This document shows, one piece after another, positions 35,850 through 53,450 of a DNA stretch of 64,000 bases. Both the position numbers and the translations under genes were made by a program. Positions within the stretch are counted from its first letter, which is position 1. Each line of letters starts with the position of its first letter. The notes below the pieces were generated by a model, which was given only the letters and a program-made list of their open reading frames with translations, was not told the DNA's origin and ran no database searches. The stretch spans positions 33,983,741-34,047,740 of the forward strand of contig CM041465.1 in NCBI GenBank assembly GCA_023213395.1. Reading direction: 5' to 3'. This stretch comes from Cycas panzhihuaensis (taxonomy: Eukaryota > Plantae > Cycadophyta).

Positions 35850-37972
35850 CATAGATTTCTCATATGAAAGATAATTATTGGCAAAATTCACAAAATTAAT
35901 ATCATCATAAAGAGAAGAAGGGAATTATTTGGCAATTTCAAGCTTTTGGGGGGTTTTGGTTAATTTAGATAGTTGATCTTAGAGATAGACTATATGAGGA
36001 GACAACACTAGTATGTAATAGTAGACACATATTTGACCATACCATTATTGACCACATCTTGATCAAGCATGATGTATGCTGATTAGGTTGGTATTATTTT
36101 TTCCTTTTGTATATGAGCCATCTTAATAGCTAAACTTTTTAGAATAGGTTACTCCTTATTTATAGGGAATAATTTTATTAAGGCAGAATATGATCTAGAA
36201 GAAGGCTTAAAATAGACAAATTCAAGACTTATTCACCAATATTAATTTCCTTATATCTTTGACAAATAATTTATCAGTCTTTTTATGCATTAAGAAATTA
36301 AAGCACAAGGTTTGCACCTTATTATTATGAGATGCTTTATGCCATAATCTTATGCAACTAAGATGCCAAGAAGAACATAATAATTTTAAGTAGAGATCCT
36401 CAAAGGTAGATGTACAAGCCTTGGGAAGAAAGTAGTACCACTTTATACCAACTTTTCAAAGTGAATGCCAACATAAATAGACTTAATTATTGTCCTTTTC
36501 ATTCCAATTGGATGAATTCCAATGGATGAATTTGAGGATGTCTTTAACTACTTCATTAGGCAAGCAGGAAAGTGGGCCTTGTTTCTTTAAGAATTGACCT
36601 AAAGATGGTTAACTATAAGTCAAAGAAAGGAATGTTTGTTGCCAAGTAATTAGCCACAATAACTCTTTTTAAAATAAATCACCATGTTATCAATGATGCA
36701 CTCCTAGATAAGCACATCTTTCAAGTTGATACTCTACCACAAGAAAATGAGAATGAGTGGTATAAGGATGCTCAAACCTATAAACAAGACCAAACTTATT
36801 CATTGGGTGTTTCTTTTAAAAAGAGAAAGAGAGTTAGATTAGCTACACATTAATACCTAATGATTATTGAAGTTCATTATAAGTGCTCCTTTGATAGACT
36901 TTTGTTGAGATGTCTCACTCCTTCATAAGCATAGACTACCCTAATAGAATGTCATAATGGTCACTTTGGTGGGTAATTTACTATCCAATACATCCTTCAC
37001 ATGGGGTATTACTAGCCCACATTATTTACAGAAGCATATACCTATGTGTAAAAATGCAAAAAGTGCCAAGTTCACTCCTCCTTGATCCATCAACTAACCA
37101 CTTCTTTAAGAGTTATCCTCTCACCATGGTCATTCTCTCAATGGGGCCTCAACCTTATTAGATAAATATATCCTCCATTATTAGGTAACCAAAAATTCAT
37201 TTTAACTACCATAGAGTACCTCACTAGATGGAGTAAAGCTATCATATTAAGCATCACAACTAAGAAGGTGATTACTACATTCACCTTCCAACATATTATT
37301 TGTAGACTCAAGGTCCTTGACATCATCGTCATTGATAATGGGACCTCATTCTATAATGCCCACATTGATAAGTTGTGATATAAGTTCCATATAACACATA
37401 GAATGTTGTCCCCTTATTACCCATAGGCTAATGGCCATATCAAAGCCTTTAACAAAACTTTGGATAAAATGGTGGCCTCTTCCCATCGTAATTGGCATAC
37501 CCAACTCTTTCCTACTTTGTAGGCATATTACACTTTAATATGAAATGCGATGGGGATGACCTCTTTCTCCTTAGTTTATGGGACAAAATTCATTCTTCCC
37601 TTAAAGGTTGAGATCCTCTCCATTTGGGTTTCAATCATTTTATCGATGTAGAATAGTTTAGGCAAGCTAGACTATTAGAATTGGAAAAAATGGATGAGAC
37701 TCATCTCAAGTCTTATAAAAGAAAACTAGCTTCTAAAAGTAGAGATCAAGCTACTCATGATAAACATCTTAAGCCTCAAATGTTTCATATGGATGAAAAG
37801 GTACTCAAACTAGAATACCTTCATGGAAAATAGAAGAAATTATCTCCCAAATAGGTTGGGCCTAACCTTGTCATTAAGCACTTCGATAATGGAGCCTACC
37901 ACCTAGCCATGCTTAAAGGTTTGAATTTTATAAGACCATTAATTCATAATACTTATAAAACTGCTATGCTTA
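35850..37972 (+). mobile_element. Tat-like Ty3/gypsy pol remnant (internally deleted RT, RNase H, integrase)
   Basis: IDY...PIIDHILDQ; GKWALFL; LLRCL...ECHNGHFGG...GYY.PTL..KCKKCQ; PWSFSQWGL; IVIDNGTSF; SPYYP.ANG; KLSPN..GP. Confidence 0.85.
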
Positions 37973-39663
37973 GCCTAGGTAGGCATTTTCTCTAAAATGA
38001 AAGTAAACTACACATGCTCTATAAATGATCCTAAACTATAACTTTCTCCCCCCAAGCTCAATGCTTAGGGGTATGATATCTCAATGACCTCCCATAGGTT
38101 ATGACACAACTGAAGCTTTAAAAAGAGAATGGAAGAGAGTGCCTAGAAGGATATACCCATGTGAGAATTATAAGCCAAGGAGGGCCTTGATAAGGCATGG
38201 GTCTCTCAAAGCTTCTTGCACCTAGAAGCAACCAAGGGAGAATCTATCATATCTAAGAGGCTTAAGACTTACTAAATAGGTCCTCCAATCCATTTTATAA
38301 GTAATAAGTTTCCTTTTGAGAATCATTATATAAACATTAATCATTAAGGACCATTTGATATTAATAGGTATTCGAGAAGCATTATATAAACATCAATCAC
38401 TGAGGACCATTCTTCTTGGGCACATATTTTGAATGATACTTAGCCTCCTATTTAGGTGATCAATATAGTTTATATTTTCATTACCAAAAGTTTGATGTTA
38501 GTTAATTTTTCTAGTAGACTCATGTACTAGAGAAATCAACTAACCCTAAACTAATGGGGATGGAATATTTAATCCTTCCTAACTCCTCTCTCCTAATCCT
38601 GGGAACATCACCCTTATTTCTCTATCGCTCTTATTTTTCCTTACAGGGTTTCTTTACTCTATAATAGAGTATAAACTACATGTACATATAATTCCCTAAA
38701 AATATAAAAAAATAATAAATTCATAAAATAACAAAAACAAATATGTGTTCTTCTTTTTATTTACTTCTTATAGTTTTAGGCTTTCTAAGACCCTTTCCTC
38801 CCTAGCTTACTTTAGCATGATGGTGCTTATCTATGAGTTTAAGTGGTCAACTTCCTCATTTACATGGTATTATTCTTCATCCAAGTTAGCTCTTTTCTAG
38901 CAAGTTAACAATGATACCTCAACACTTGTATAATTATTCCTTGTCTCATTTTTAGTTCCCATATCGTGTTTAGTTCCTCTATTAGTTCTTTTAGTAGTTA
39001 AAGTTTCACTAGTATTTGCCCATTCTATAGTTGATTCTACCCTTAGTTAAGTGAACTGTAACACTCAATTATTTATAGTCAAATTGAGCTTACCTACTAA
39101 TAATCTTTGTTATACTTTGATAGGTCTCTGATTGCCTTTCTCCTTTAGCATGCTACATACTCCTAGTCATGACAAGACTCCCTAGCATACCTTACCTCCT
39201 CTTCTATATTTGGTTGTTTAGTGCATTCCCCTTCATACTTGGAGATATCTTGAATGAATAACCTTTTAATTATCTATAGTTGATCCCTCAAGGGCTTGGT
39301 CTCAACTCTTTATCACCCATACTTCATTAAAAAGGGACCCTTATTATAGTATCTCAAACTCAATGCTTTATACCTAGGTTAATCATTATTATACCTTTCA
39401 AAACCTATTACTGTAAGCACCCACTATGTCTTAATAAAATTCATGCGACAACCATAGTCAACTTATCCCTTGGATATGCATGAGGTTGGATGAAGTGCAT
39501 CATCTAGAAAGTGGGTTCAATAATACTTAGTTCACCCTGAACCTCATTTGAACCATCGTATGGAATGATATCATCCCTTAAAAAAATATTATAAAATAAT
39601 TAAATAAATAAATAAAATTTAAAAAGAAAAGAAAAAAGAGAAAAAGAAAAGGATAAAAGACTT

Positions 39664-41960
<2,297 letters not shown>

Positions 41961-42329
41961 CCATCACCTTCTTAGTATTTAGGGCAAGTCGCATGTTAGC
42001 TTTGGCCCCACCTACAAATACATAGATTAGGTCCAGTCATGTGTGTCATTCAGGAACTTTAGATTAAGTTGCTTAGACCTATTATGTCCTTAATTATGTT
42101 TAAAACTTGTTCAACATCTCAGAGGTTCTAATAAACTAGTTTTAAAAGGTATAGCTATAGTGAGGAAATTAAATTATAAAGCCTATTTCCTTTTACAATT
42201 TTATAATCAAAGCCAAGCTATTTAGTCTAGGCCATGTTCTTGAAAATTGATTACCACACCTTCCCCTTATTTATTAGTTTGTCTCTAAGCCTTTGTCTTT
42301 TATCCTCATAATATTAAATATCTATAATT

Positions 42330-42710
42330 ATGGTAGGAGCTGGGGAACTTAGGGTATCTGCCATGGCATTGATTATTTATTGACCAAATGGGCAATGTTT
42401 TGACTAGTACTAGAGTTTTTCTCCCTTAAGCAACCAATAATGTAGCTAAGTATACAACTATCATGGAACCATTAATGTTGTTTTTTAGTTTTACAAGGGA
42501 TCAATCAACTTGTTTTCTAACTTATAGATTATCATCTATAAGCTTACCCATATTTATTAAGCTTGCCCAGGTAACTTACGCAGCCTTCTAGTTATTACCA
42601 TATCTTTGATGACTCAATTATCTTTTGTCACTATTCATTATGTCCCACATAGTTAAAATTTTGAAGCCAATTCACTTATGTCTCATATTCTTGATCACCA
42701 TCACTCTTAG
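42330..42710 (+). pseudogene. Additional (archaeal-type) RNase H domain, decayed
   Basis: G.S.G..G.SA.ALIIY.PNG ... ATNNVAKY ... IHYVPHS.NFEANSL, matching DG.S.GNPG / TNN.AEY / H.PR..N..AD.L. Confidence 0.7.
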
Positions 42711-43154
42711 CCTTGTTATTTCAAGTTGGGGGCACCATCATTTCATAATGAGCATAAGGTGACCAAACAGTCCATAGTGATTATAAGCTACTTACTCCCT
42801 TAAAGACTCATACTTAAGGGCATTAATATCTACATGATGAGAATAAACTATAGCTCTAAAAATCCATCCACTAAAGAGCCTAAACTATGGTGAGCCCCAT
42901 TTTCCATTTGTGGTGGGTGTTCACTATGCAATGAGTATAAACTAATTGTAAATTCCATCATAAGCATAAATTGAATATATATTACATATAAAAAAATATT
43001 AAAACTAAATATTAATAAAAGATCCAAAAAAATATTCATATATAACCATAAAAATAGACTCATTTATAATCTAAGAAACTAGTCATCGAGGTGATATGGA
43101 GGGAATAAGAGTTAGAGATAATAAAAGAATACACATCATATTTGAAATAATAGA

Positions 43155-43157
<3 letters not shown>

Positions 43158-43191
<34 letters not shown>

Positions 43192-43211
43192 TATATATAT
43201 ATATATATATA
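43158..43211. repeat. (TC)n(TA)n compound microsatellite
   Basis: Direct inspection. Confidence 0.95.
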
Positions 43212-44049
43212 AGTGTCAAATAATACAACATATAAGTACAATGATGTATGATATCATGGTCCTATGACTTCTACGGGCATGTACATCATACTCAAAACTG
43301 AGCTTAAATACTAGAAACCCTACATCAAGGGAGTGGACTCACATCCTCCCCTCTCTACTTCCCTCTCTCAGTTAAACTTAGTTATTAAGATGATTATTGT
43401 GGTGATGGCAGTCACTATTGTGAACTCCTTGCCTACCCCCAAGTTGATGGATATGTGTATGGGATGTCTTATCTGTATGAGTATGAATTTAAGACTATTG
43501 AATTGTTTGAGAAGCTATGGGTGTAGGTTGTCCACTTGCCTAAATAAATGACATCTATTATATATGAGCCCTCTCACTCTTTATAGTTTTTAGTTGTATA
43601 TCTAGTCCTCTAATCTTTGTAGCCTATACTTCTATATGAGCATGTAACTCTGCCTCTCTTATGGTCAACTGTGCTTATAACTTTGTAACCAATTTATCTC
43701 GTTATACTAGAGATCATGCCTAATACATTTCACATGTTCTAATAGCTAGTGTAAAATATTAGGTATGTGGACCCAGAAACTTAAGATCACTATTATGCCA
43801 TAATATTAACTCTTTTGTTCTATTTACAAATGAAAGGAGGCCATCTAGAGCCTGCCTCATGAATGTAGCATATATCATATTATCACTTATATGTCAACCA
43901 TGGATAATAAGTTAGTCCCATCCATATATATGCATGGGTCACAAAAAATATCTATATCAATAATAACTCAGTAAAAAACATAAGTGAAAAGCAATAAAAT
44001 TAAATACATAACCTTGCTAAAAGAATTTAAGCCCTTAACCTGAGGAGCT

Positions 44050-45175
44050 TATTACCTAATCCTATGATTATCTCCTCCTCTACTTGTTACTCCTTCTTAG
44101 ATAGCCTCTCCTTCCTTTTGAACATCATCTCTCTCTCCCTCTCTATTTAGTCATGTTAGTTGTTGTAATATCTCCATAGCCTCAACATCTAGTATAGGTC
44201 CTCCTCCTCTATCTCCTATACCACCACCTCCTCCCCTAATTAGTGGGTATAATTATGATGCTAGTGACATATGTCCTCCTCTACTAGCTCCTCTAGATAC
44301 CTCATCACTTACCCACCATTTGGTGGGGGTGGTAGGGATGCATGTGATATTACCTCTATTATGTCAATATAATCATCTGACCATTCCAACATAACCTCGT
44401 ATGGATTTATAATAAATTGGTTTAGAGTCATCCACTCCAATTGGGGGCTTTATAAGATCTTCACTCTTACCTCCCCTCTACCATAGATTTATGCCCTTAC
44501 ATGCCACTAGTTCATTATTGAATCCATGCAATGAGTCTCTTGCTATGCTAGGAGGTCATGTTTAAGGGATATGGTTAAGTGTCTAACATATTAGGATAGA
44601 GCCATAGGAGAAGCCTCCACCACCATTGTTGCATATCCTCATCAATCAACATTCCATACATTGCATAATATATCTGACCTAATCAAGTTATACCCTAAGC
44701 TTATAACACTTAATAACTCCTACTCACTAGCTAGGTAAAGCAATAAAATTCTATGCTAGCATGATATGGAACATAATAATAAGGGAAACCACCTTCAAAA
44801 GGTGGGGACACCCTGTGCTATCTTGAATACCTAAGCTACAATCCCATGATAATCAAAGTGCCCTACCTTTCTAATCATATACCAACTCACCATTATTTAT
44901 AGATCCTTATCAATCACCCATGTTAGAACCATGAGTTGATCCCTCCACGATACACCCAAGATCTTACCTATATCTTGGGCAATAACCCTTAGATCCCCCA
45001 TACCTTTAAATTGAAAGGCATCATCCCTTGGGACACAATAACTAATTAGGTAAACTAATAAGTCATTCTCCATCACTAATTGGATGGAATGACTAGCTTT
45101 GCCTAAGCCACGACATCATAATATCTGTCACTCAATAAAAGTGAGGCACTTAAGGAGTGGATCCAACATTAATCC
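44050..45175 (-). pseudogene. Antisense extra ORF, Plant Mobile Domain (aminotransferase-like)-like, decayed
   Basis: ENDLLVYLISCVPRDDAFQFKGMGDLRVIAQDIGKILGV resembles PMD L..L...W....F.F..GE.TITL.DV..ILGL. Confidence 0.55.
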
Positions 45176-46087
45176 CTTATTTTCTTAAGTGTTTACTCAG
45201 TCAAGATGCTATAATGCACAAAATAAAGTTAAAGTATCAACTAAGTATCTTTTAAGAAATAATTTGGTGAAAATTGAGCTAAAATATCATGTTTTATTTT
45301 TTGTATTTTTGAGGTGAAAGATATGATGAAACAATAAAAAATATAATAAACTAATTTATTATATTTTCACCTAATTTTTATATTTTTCAACTATGACTTA
45401 ATATTTTTCACTTATTTGCAATGTTTTTCAAATTGAAATGCTAAAATAAATAAATAAATATGCCCTTTTTCTTTCACTTGACTTCTTCACTTTAAGCCCC
45501 CTCCATTAGTGAGGTAAGAGTGTTATGAGCTTAAAAATGGACTTTCTCTAAACATATCCATGTTTATAGTCAAATTAACCCATTTTTATCAAATAATCTA
45601 AATTTCACGTCCTTTCTAACCCCTGAGGTCTCCATCATGAAAAGTACACTTTGAAGGTCTGTAATTAGTTAAAATCATGGAGTAATCATTAATGAGGGTA
45701 AACTATGGTGGTTAAACCTCTAAAATTTTACCACTAATAAGAAAAAACTATGGTGCATTCACTTCATTATGTATAGACCTATTAAGTCATAATTTCATGG
45801 TTAAGTGTTAAAATGTTCTCAAGACAAAAAATAAAAATCCCATGAATAAGTAATTGTCCCACAAATTTAGTTTAATCTTATAGATACTATTGAGTTTAGT
45901 TTTTACATCAAACTCATCTTGTCACTCTATCCATCCTTCTTCTCTTAATCAAACCTCATCATTTCAAATAACTCAATGAATAGTCTAAGTAGCCCAAGTT
46001 CTCAAATAACTTGTCTAAGGTAATATTAGTAACATCCACCATCTTACTCCAACCTCTTTAAAGAAATTTTTTGACCAAGGGGGAAAA

Positions 46088-48970
46088 TGTTTTAATCAAC
46101 TTGGCCCCTTCTAGCATGGTTAAGTTTAATTCCTTACCTCATATGCTACTAGGGTTTGATTAGGTATTTGTATTATTTAATTAATTATTTAATGTGATGT
46201 TTGGATGACCATTTGGTGTGATTATGATTATTCTTATTTCATCTTCTTCCTATGATGTATACATCATGATGTACACATGGTTATGGTACCTCCAAGTTCA
46301 CTCCAAGATATTATTTTAGCTTTTATCCTTCGACACTTTCACTCTTAAGACCATGTCTTGTCAATTGAATGCTTTAATTACATCCTTGACTGATGATTTC
46401 ACCTTGTTTGACTTCTCACTAGCCTCACCTAACATTTTTTTTAAAGATAAAAATTAACTTTATTTTATAAAATTTATTGTCCACTTATCTTATTTTTAAA
46501 TTTCATTCATTGCATTTTTTACTATTTCATCACATTTTTCATATTGTTGAAAAATGTGATGTTACACATAAAATATGATAAATTATTTTGACTTGTCAAG
46601 TTTTTCAAAAATTGTATTTTCTTCACAAAATTACATTTTATTCATAATCTCATATTTTATGAAGAAGATTGGGTTTCTAGTTATTTTTAAATCATATTTT
46701 TTACTAATTCATCATATTTTAAACTATATGTAAGTGAAAAAAAAAATAAAAAGTCATATTTTCTTGTCATATGGATATACTTTATTATAAAAACCATCGA
46801 TCACTAGCCTATAGTTTTTTCCCATCTATTCCCTCCAATTTCCTATATAAATAGTCCCTCATTTACGAATAAAAAGGGATAACCAGCTTTATAATGAACT
46901 GCTATTAAAATTTTGGATCAACTTCTTATGGAAACATTTGTATCTTTAGAGAGACTTGATTGGAGTTTGATCCTTGGTTATTAATTGAAGAATTTTGAGT
47001 CTTAGGGATGTGCATACTTAAGTTCATCTCCCTTTCTTCCTTTGGCTATATCTTCTTTAATTTACTGCATTTACCTTATGTGAGATCCCCTACATTTGGT
47101 GCTCTTTTACCCTTGAGTTTTTCTCTTTATTTTCACTTGTTAGAGCATCATCTTGGAGTTGTTGGAGATCCTCATGTATATATCTAATGCACTTCTTCAT
47201 CATCCCTTTTAGGTTTAAGTGGTTCATTTACAAGTTAGTCCTATTTTCTTTACATTTCCTTATTTAGTCTTATGAGCAAGGTTCAAATTATAGTTGTTTA
47301 GAATGGGACATGCATGATATTTTTTTAAAGTTTCTTTTATTTCACTAAATCTTGGGTTTCCCTCCCTTAGGTTTATACCAATAATTTAAGAAGAGATTTA
47401 TAAATTTAATCACTATGCTTCCAAACCTCTCTTAAAGAGGTGGGTTGCCTTGCCTTCTTTATAGTTTTTTTTGTCTCTTACTTAGTTTTATTTCTTTCTT
47501 TTAACCAAAACACAAAAAGAGAAGAGGAAAGGAACTAGGAATAATCTTTCTCTTTCTTTATTGGTTATGTGTTTAGTGCTTATTTGTTCATTTTATTTTT
47601 AAAAGAATAGTAAAGAAAAAAACAAGCTTATTTATATGCCATGTAATTGCATTCCCGATTAAAAAAAAAAAAAGGATAAAGAGGACAAAAGAATAGTAAT
47701 TAGGATAAGCATAAGTGCAATAAAAGGACTTGCTTTCCTCTCTAATACATGTTAGAGTTTAGTCACATTGTAGTGTAAACAAAATAAAAAATGAAAGATA
47801 AGGCAAAGGAACTTAGGTATTGTATTTTTATATAGATGTATTAGGGTTAATGCCCTTGCTTTCATTGTTTGATTTATATAGTATAGGTGATTTTTTATTT
47901 TATACAATCATAAGGAGCACATCAGATTACACTATAAGTGCATGATATTGCTTGTTTTCCCTTAGGATTAGGTCCCATTCTCTTTGTAAGACTGTTCTTA
48001 ATTGATTAAGATTTGACATCCCTGACATACAAGTTTACTATTCTTTGAGAACAAATACTTCTCTTTGTAAAGGTGATTTTAATTGACTAAGACTTGACAT
48101 CCATATCATATAAACTCACTCTTCTTAGAGATTAATAATTCCGTGTCATGTTCTAAACTCTAAAGATGATGACCTCCTACCACACTTTAGGTTGAGAGCA
48201 ACTCATCTCTTCTCTATTTACCTCTGAGTGTTAGAGACCCACCAAAATTAGTTGTGAGCTTCCTCGAACCATCCACCTTCATGGGTGGATCATCATCAAG
48301 TTAAGGAGTTTCCAACAACTAACCCTGATAAGGTTATTAATCTAGGGTTTGAGCTCTTTTAGGTCTTCTTACTTATCAATCCTCTTGTTCTTTAACTAAA
48401 ATGATATAATTGTTCCCCCTATGGGTGGGTAGAGGTATAGTTTATATCATACCCTTAGGAGGGATGGGGTGATTAGAATATAGGAAGATTAGGGTATCAT
48501 CTTGGGGGCAGGGACCCCATTGATCCTACCATTCATTGAGAGACCTTATATAATGTTTGTTTCACCAAGGATAACTAGCTAGGATTGTTTGTTTATTATC
48601 TCTTTCACTTTGTTCTTATTTGTTATTTTGAATTTTGATTAATTAGAAAACTATTTTTTAATTTATTTAAATCCAATCCTTAGTGCACATTCTAGAAAGG
48701 CATCTCATTTTTTATTAAAAGGGAGTCAAAGATACATCGAGTCAATTCCCCTTATTTACCTTAGGAAGGATCTTTCATTGCATTTAGGGTTTAAAGGGGG
48801 TCTACCTTGGCACATTCACTTATCATTCTAATAATGAATCATAGGGATGTTATTGTTTAATATATGGCTTGTAATGATTCCTCTTGTAGATAGATTTGTG
48901 ATTTCCATTATTAGGGTTTTAATCTTCCACCAATTAAGAATTTAAAATAAGAACCCCCTTCTTCTATATT
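46088..48970 (+). repeat. Probable long 3' LTR of the Tat-like element (right end uncertain)
   Basis: PPT aagggggaaaa (46077-46087) followed by TG; TATA-like cctatataaatag at ~46842. No matching 5' LTR in the window. Confidence 0.45.
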
Positions 48971-49563
48971 CATGTTGGTTGTCATAACATAATAGTATAC
49001 CTCCATAAGGAATATATGAAAAGACTTCTTCTCAATAATTATGCACCATAAATCTAAGCCTAAATATTGAGATTACTAATCTTGAAATTTAAATCTTTGG
49101 ATTTTAAGTCTATACATTAACTTTGAGGATTTTAGCTTAGAAAATTAACTTCTTTAGGTTAATTTAATAGTTAATTTTAGGTCTAACTTTTGTCTTATAA
49201 TAGGTCATGTCTTTACAAGGTTCTAGATAATGAAATTTATGACTTTCCAATAGATAAGAGGATTCAGTCAAAAATAAGAGAGAGATCAACTCATAATAGT
49301 AATGGTTAGGAAAGAGTAGAACTTGAATCAAAGGTTTTAATACAAGTTCCATAGAGAAAATATATTTAAATATGGTTGGATTAAGTTAACCATTATGTTA
49401 GAAAATAGAGAGAATGCCTAAATCTCAATCCTAGTGGTTGCATAATTCAACTATAGGTGATAATACATTAAACTAAATTGATTAAAACATCACAAAAATA
49501 TCATTAACCTATAGTTAAAAGATAGCTCATAGTTTAGGTTGACCAAAACATTAGTTAATAAGG

Positions 49564-52500
49564 GTGTTAAGTACATTAGGAGGTTTATCAACTTAAGGAT
49601 TTCTTTATAGATCAAGCATATAAAGTTGACTGTAAAGGGGTGAAGTTGAAATGACATGAGGATGCGTGCCAAATATGAAAGTTTTAATCTAAGAATGTAA
49701 TAGAACTAATATAAAATTGAGTCATAGTTTGCTATATAGAATTAGTCTACCTTAAAAAAAAAATTCATTCATTTAGAATGACACTCAATATGTATAATCC
49801 AACACACACACACATATATATATATAAATAGGATCAATAAAATTTTAATTTTAGATCATAACTACCCTAACATGTGTCACAAGTCCATTAAGGACTTTAC
49901 ATAACTCTTGGACAAGTGTTGTCAATCTAGTAATGACCTTATGACTCATCAAAGACTAATTGACCATTAACTCATGTGAACATTAATTTTAACATCCCCC
50001 TTTAATGCTTATATCATTTAATTTAACACTAATATAAGATCTAAATTTGTTAAATTTTTCTCTAATGGTTTAGGGAAGATATCTACCTGCTACATTTTAG
50101 TTGGTTTATATATGAGCTTAATTTCTCTATTATGGATCTACTCCTAGGTGAAATAATGGTGCACCTTAATGTGTTTAGTATGGGTATAGATCACTAGATT
50201 CTGGGCAATCTTCAAAGTACTTTGATTGTCATAGTATAAGGTAGTTACCTCATCTTGATGAAGTCTTAAATCACCAAGGACCTATCTCAACTAGATGGCC
50301 TTCTGAATTCCTATAACAACTTTGTACTCTACTTCAATAGATGATAATGCAATATTCAACTACTTCTTGTCACTCTAAGTGATAATAATAGAATTGAAAT
50401 TAAAGTAATATCTTAAAATGGACCTCTTATTATTATCATATCTATCTTAACTAGAATCCAAGTACCCCTTTATCTAAAAATTATTATTTTGGCTAAACTC
50501 TAATCCATAATGTAGTGCCCTATGCAAATATCTCAAGATCCTCTTTGCATCTTTCTAATGGCTTTACTTTAGCTCTGACATAAACCTCACTACCATACCA
50601 ACTTCAAAGAATATGTTAAGTCTAGTTATAATCAAATAGATCAAGTTGCTAACTAGTTGCCTATATATTATACTATTTATATGATCTTTATCATCTAGAG
50701 CTATCAACATCAAACCTATCCCTGTAGGGATTAGGGAAATATTACAGTCTATTTTAAATTTCTCTTAGAAATTTCCATGCATATTTAGTTTATTAAATAA
50801 AGACTTTTTTAGACTTCTACCACACTTCCACTCCCAAAAAGTAGCAGAATAATCTAAGATATGTCACCTCAAATATTTTTTTGAGATCATCCTTTAAGTA
50901 TTTAATGTTTAAGTATTATAACTTGTGATTATAAGATCATCTATATAAAGTACCCCAAAGATGTTGTATTACTTTCAACTTTGATATACAAGTTTAGATT
51001 AGTTGGTGATCTCTTAAACTTATTATTTAGAAAATATTGATCAATCTTGAAGCACTAGGCTATTAGATCTTACTTTAGGCTATATAAAGCCCTCTTTAAG
51101 TGATATACTAGGTGTTCATTGATCTTCACAACATATTGAGGTAGTTACTTCTATATAGAATTTCTCAAGTTCTCTATTTAGGAAGGCATTTTTGATATCA
51201 AGATGGCATAGCTACTATTTAAACTAAGAAGCTAATGCCAAATTAGTCTAATCATCACTATCTTGGATACTAGAGTGAATACCACATGGTAATATATGTC
51301 TTTTATCTACATAAATCCTTTAGCTAATAATATGGCTTTGTATTTATTAATTTAGCCATCAGATCTAAATTTGGTCTTATAGAACCATTTGTAGTCATTT
51401 ATATATTTACCTATTGGTAAATCAACCAAGACCCAAGTCTTATTTTATTACACAACATGGATTTTAGTATTCATTATTGTTCTCCATCTCTACTCCTCAT
51501 AAACCCCCTTAAAACTCAAAGGCTCTTCAACATTTAATATATCTGCCATTAAAGCAAAATCAACTATATCAAATAAATTTTTCAAATTTTATTTCCCTTT
51601 AATATCTATAAACTAAGCTTCTTTAATAGTCTTCAAGTACTATTTGGAGTGTTTCTTATCAAGTGGAGTAACCTCAAGCTGAGCTTTAGGTTGTGACTCT
51701 TGAGAATCTTCATACTCATCATACTTATCTTCCTGTCCTTCTCCTTAGTCTTCATCTTCCTACTTTAGTATAGTTTAGGCTCAACAAATTGTTGCTTCAA
51801 AAAACTAGATTGTGGTTGTTTCTTAATCTATTTCCCTTTGTCTTATCATATCTTCAAAGTGTCCAAGTCCTAGTCCTAATCTATATCTTGCTTGTTGCTT
51901 TCATCGAATATGACATCCCAAGTTATGTGTACCTTTCTACTTGCTAACTCATATACCTAATATACTTTAGTTTCTTTACTGCACCCTATGAGGATACACA
52001 TATAACTTGTATCATTAAATTTCTATTATTATTCCTTTGGAACATACATATACATAGTACTCCCAAAGATTCTAAAATGAATCACTATAGATTTCCTTCC
52101 TAACCATGCTTCTTCAAGTGTTATATTCCAAATAAATTTTATAATACTCTTATTAGTTAGATATGTTATTGTACAAATAACTTTAGCCTAAGAATATTTT
52201 TTCTTTCATCATTGACTTAGCCTTTTTAATCAATGTCATATTCATCTTATTAGTTATACCATTTTACTACGGTATATATGATGTCACTAATTGCTTCTTG
52301 ATTTTATGGTCCTTGCAAAATTGGATAAAGGCATTAGAGGCATATTCTCCCCTATTATTTGATCTAAGAATCTTCATCTTTGGACCACTTTTTTTCTATA
52401 CCTTTGCCTTATATTCATTAAAAATCTCAAATACTTATGGCTTTTGCTTTATGGGATACATCCAACTTTCCTCAAAAGATCATTAATAAAGGTCAATAAA

Positions 52501-53450
52501 TATCTTACACTCCAAGTGAAGTGGTTGACTTAGGACCATAAATATTTGAGTGGGCTATGCTTAGCTTTTCAGTCACACTCTAAGCTTTTCCTTTCAAAAA
52601 CTTCTCTTTATATTACTTTCCAAATGTGTAAGGTTTATAAATCCCTTTATCTACTTTAAATTTTGGAATATTATGCACCATATTTAATGTGTGCATCAAA
52701 TGTAGGCCAAGGAAGTGTGAATATCTTATTTCCTCGTGCCATAATTGAATTTTACTAGATACATCAATAGTAAATGCTCTTTGGTTTATAAATTTACCTA
52801 AGAGCCTATAAAGACTATTATCCTTGATACCTTTAATAATAGTTTTGCCTTCATAATCATTGATAACATCCTTCTTATCCTTAAATAGAACACTCATGAT
52901 ATGCCTTCAATTTGATAGACTAAAATCAAATTCCTTCATATTCTTGGCACATATAACACATTGGGACCTCCCTTATCCCTTTTGCATTTAATACGATATT
53001 GTCTCCTAAAGTTATTGAATACTTAATTACTTCCTATATGTACCTAAACCAATCAAATATGTCTATCACATACCTTGAAGCTCCTAAGTTTATGTACCAA
53101 ACATCACTTGATTTCATGTTTGTCTATGAAACTACCATGTTTTGATGACCACCCTAATTCTTATTTTGATAACCACATAATTTTATTAAAATCCCCTTTA
53201 TCTCTTACCCTCTCTCTTTTATATATTTTTAAATGTGATCTACTAGGGGAAGCCAAGTGTAAGTACACCTCGAATCCATAACTCTTATTTGTATTCTTAT
53301 TAATAATATTGTTGTATATTTTCTTGATTAATGTTACATGTTTTCTTTTGTAAATTTGCTTGGCATTCTTAGGTAGGTGCGGGTGTGTTTCCTTGGTTGA
53401 TATTGCTTGAAATGCATAATAGTTATATCTTTAAACCTACTATCTTCTTC
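49564..53450 (-). mobile_element. Ty1/copia retrotransposon, 5'-truncated, with 3' LTR (~49564-49994)
   Basis: GAG-pre-integrase (NSLYRL..QLWH) at 52613-52897; integrase (HFRIFGS); RT (YKAILLAKG, LDIKNAFL, LKRALYSLK, LYIDDL at ~50940); RH (HTKHIKVHHY); PPT attaaaggggga then TG. Confidence 0.88.

Noticed and set aside
38319-38412. Two-copy ~56-bp tandem duplication
   Set aside because: Ordinary feature of Tat 3' regions; no further structure.
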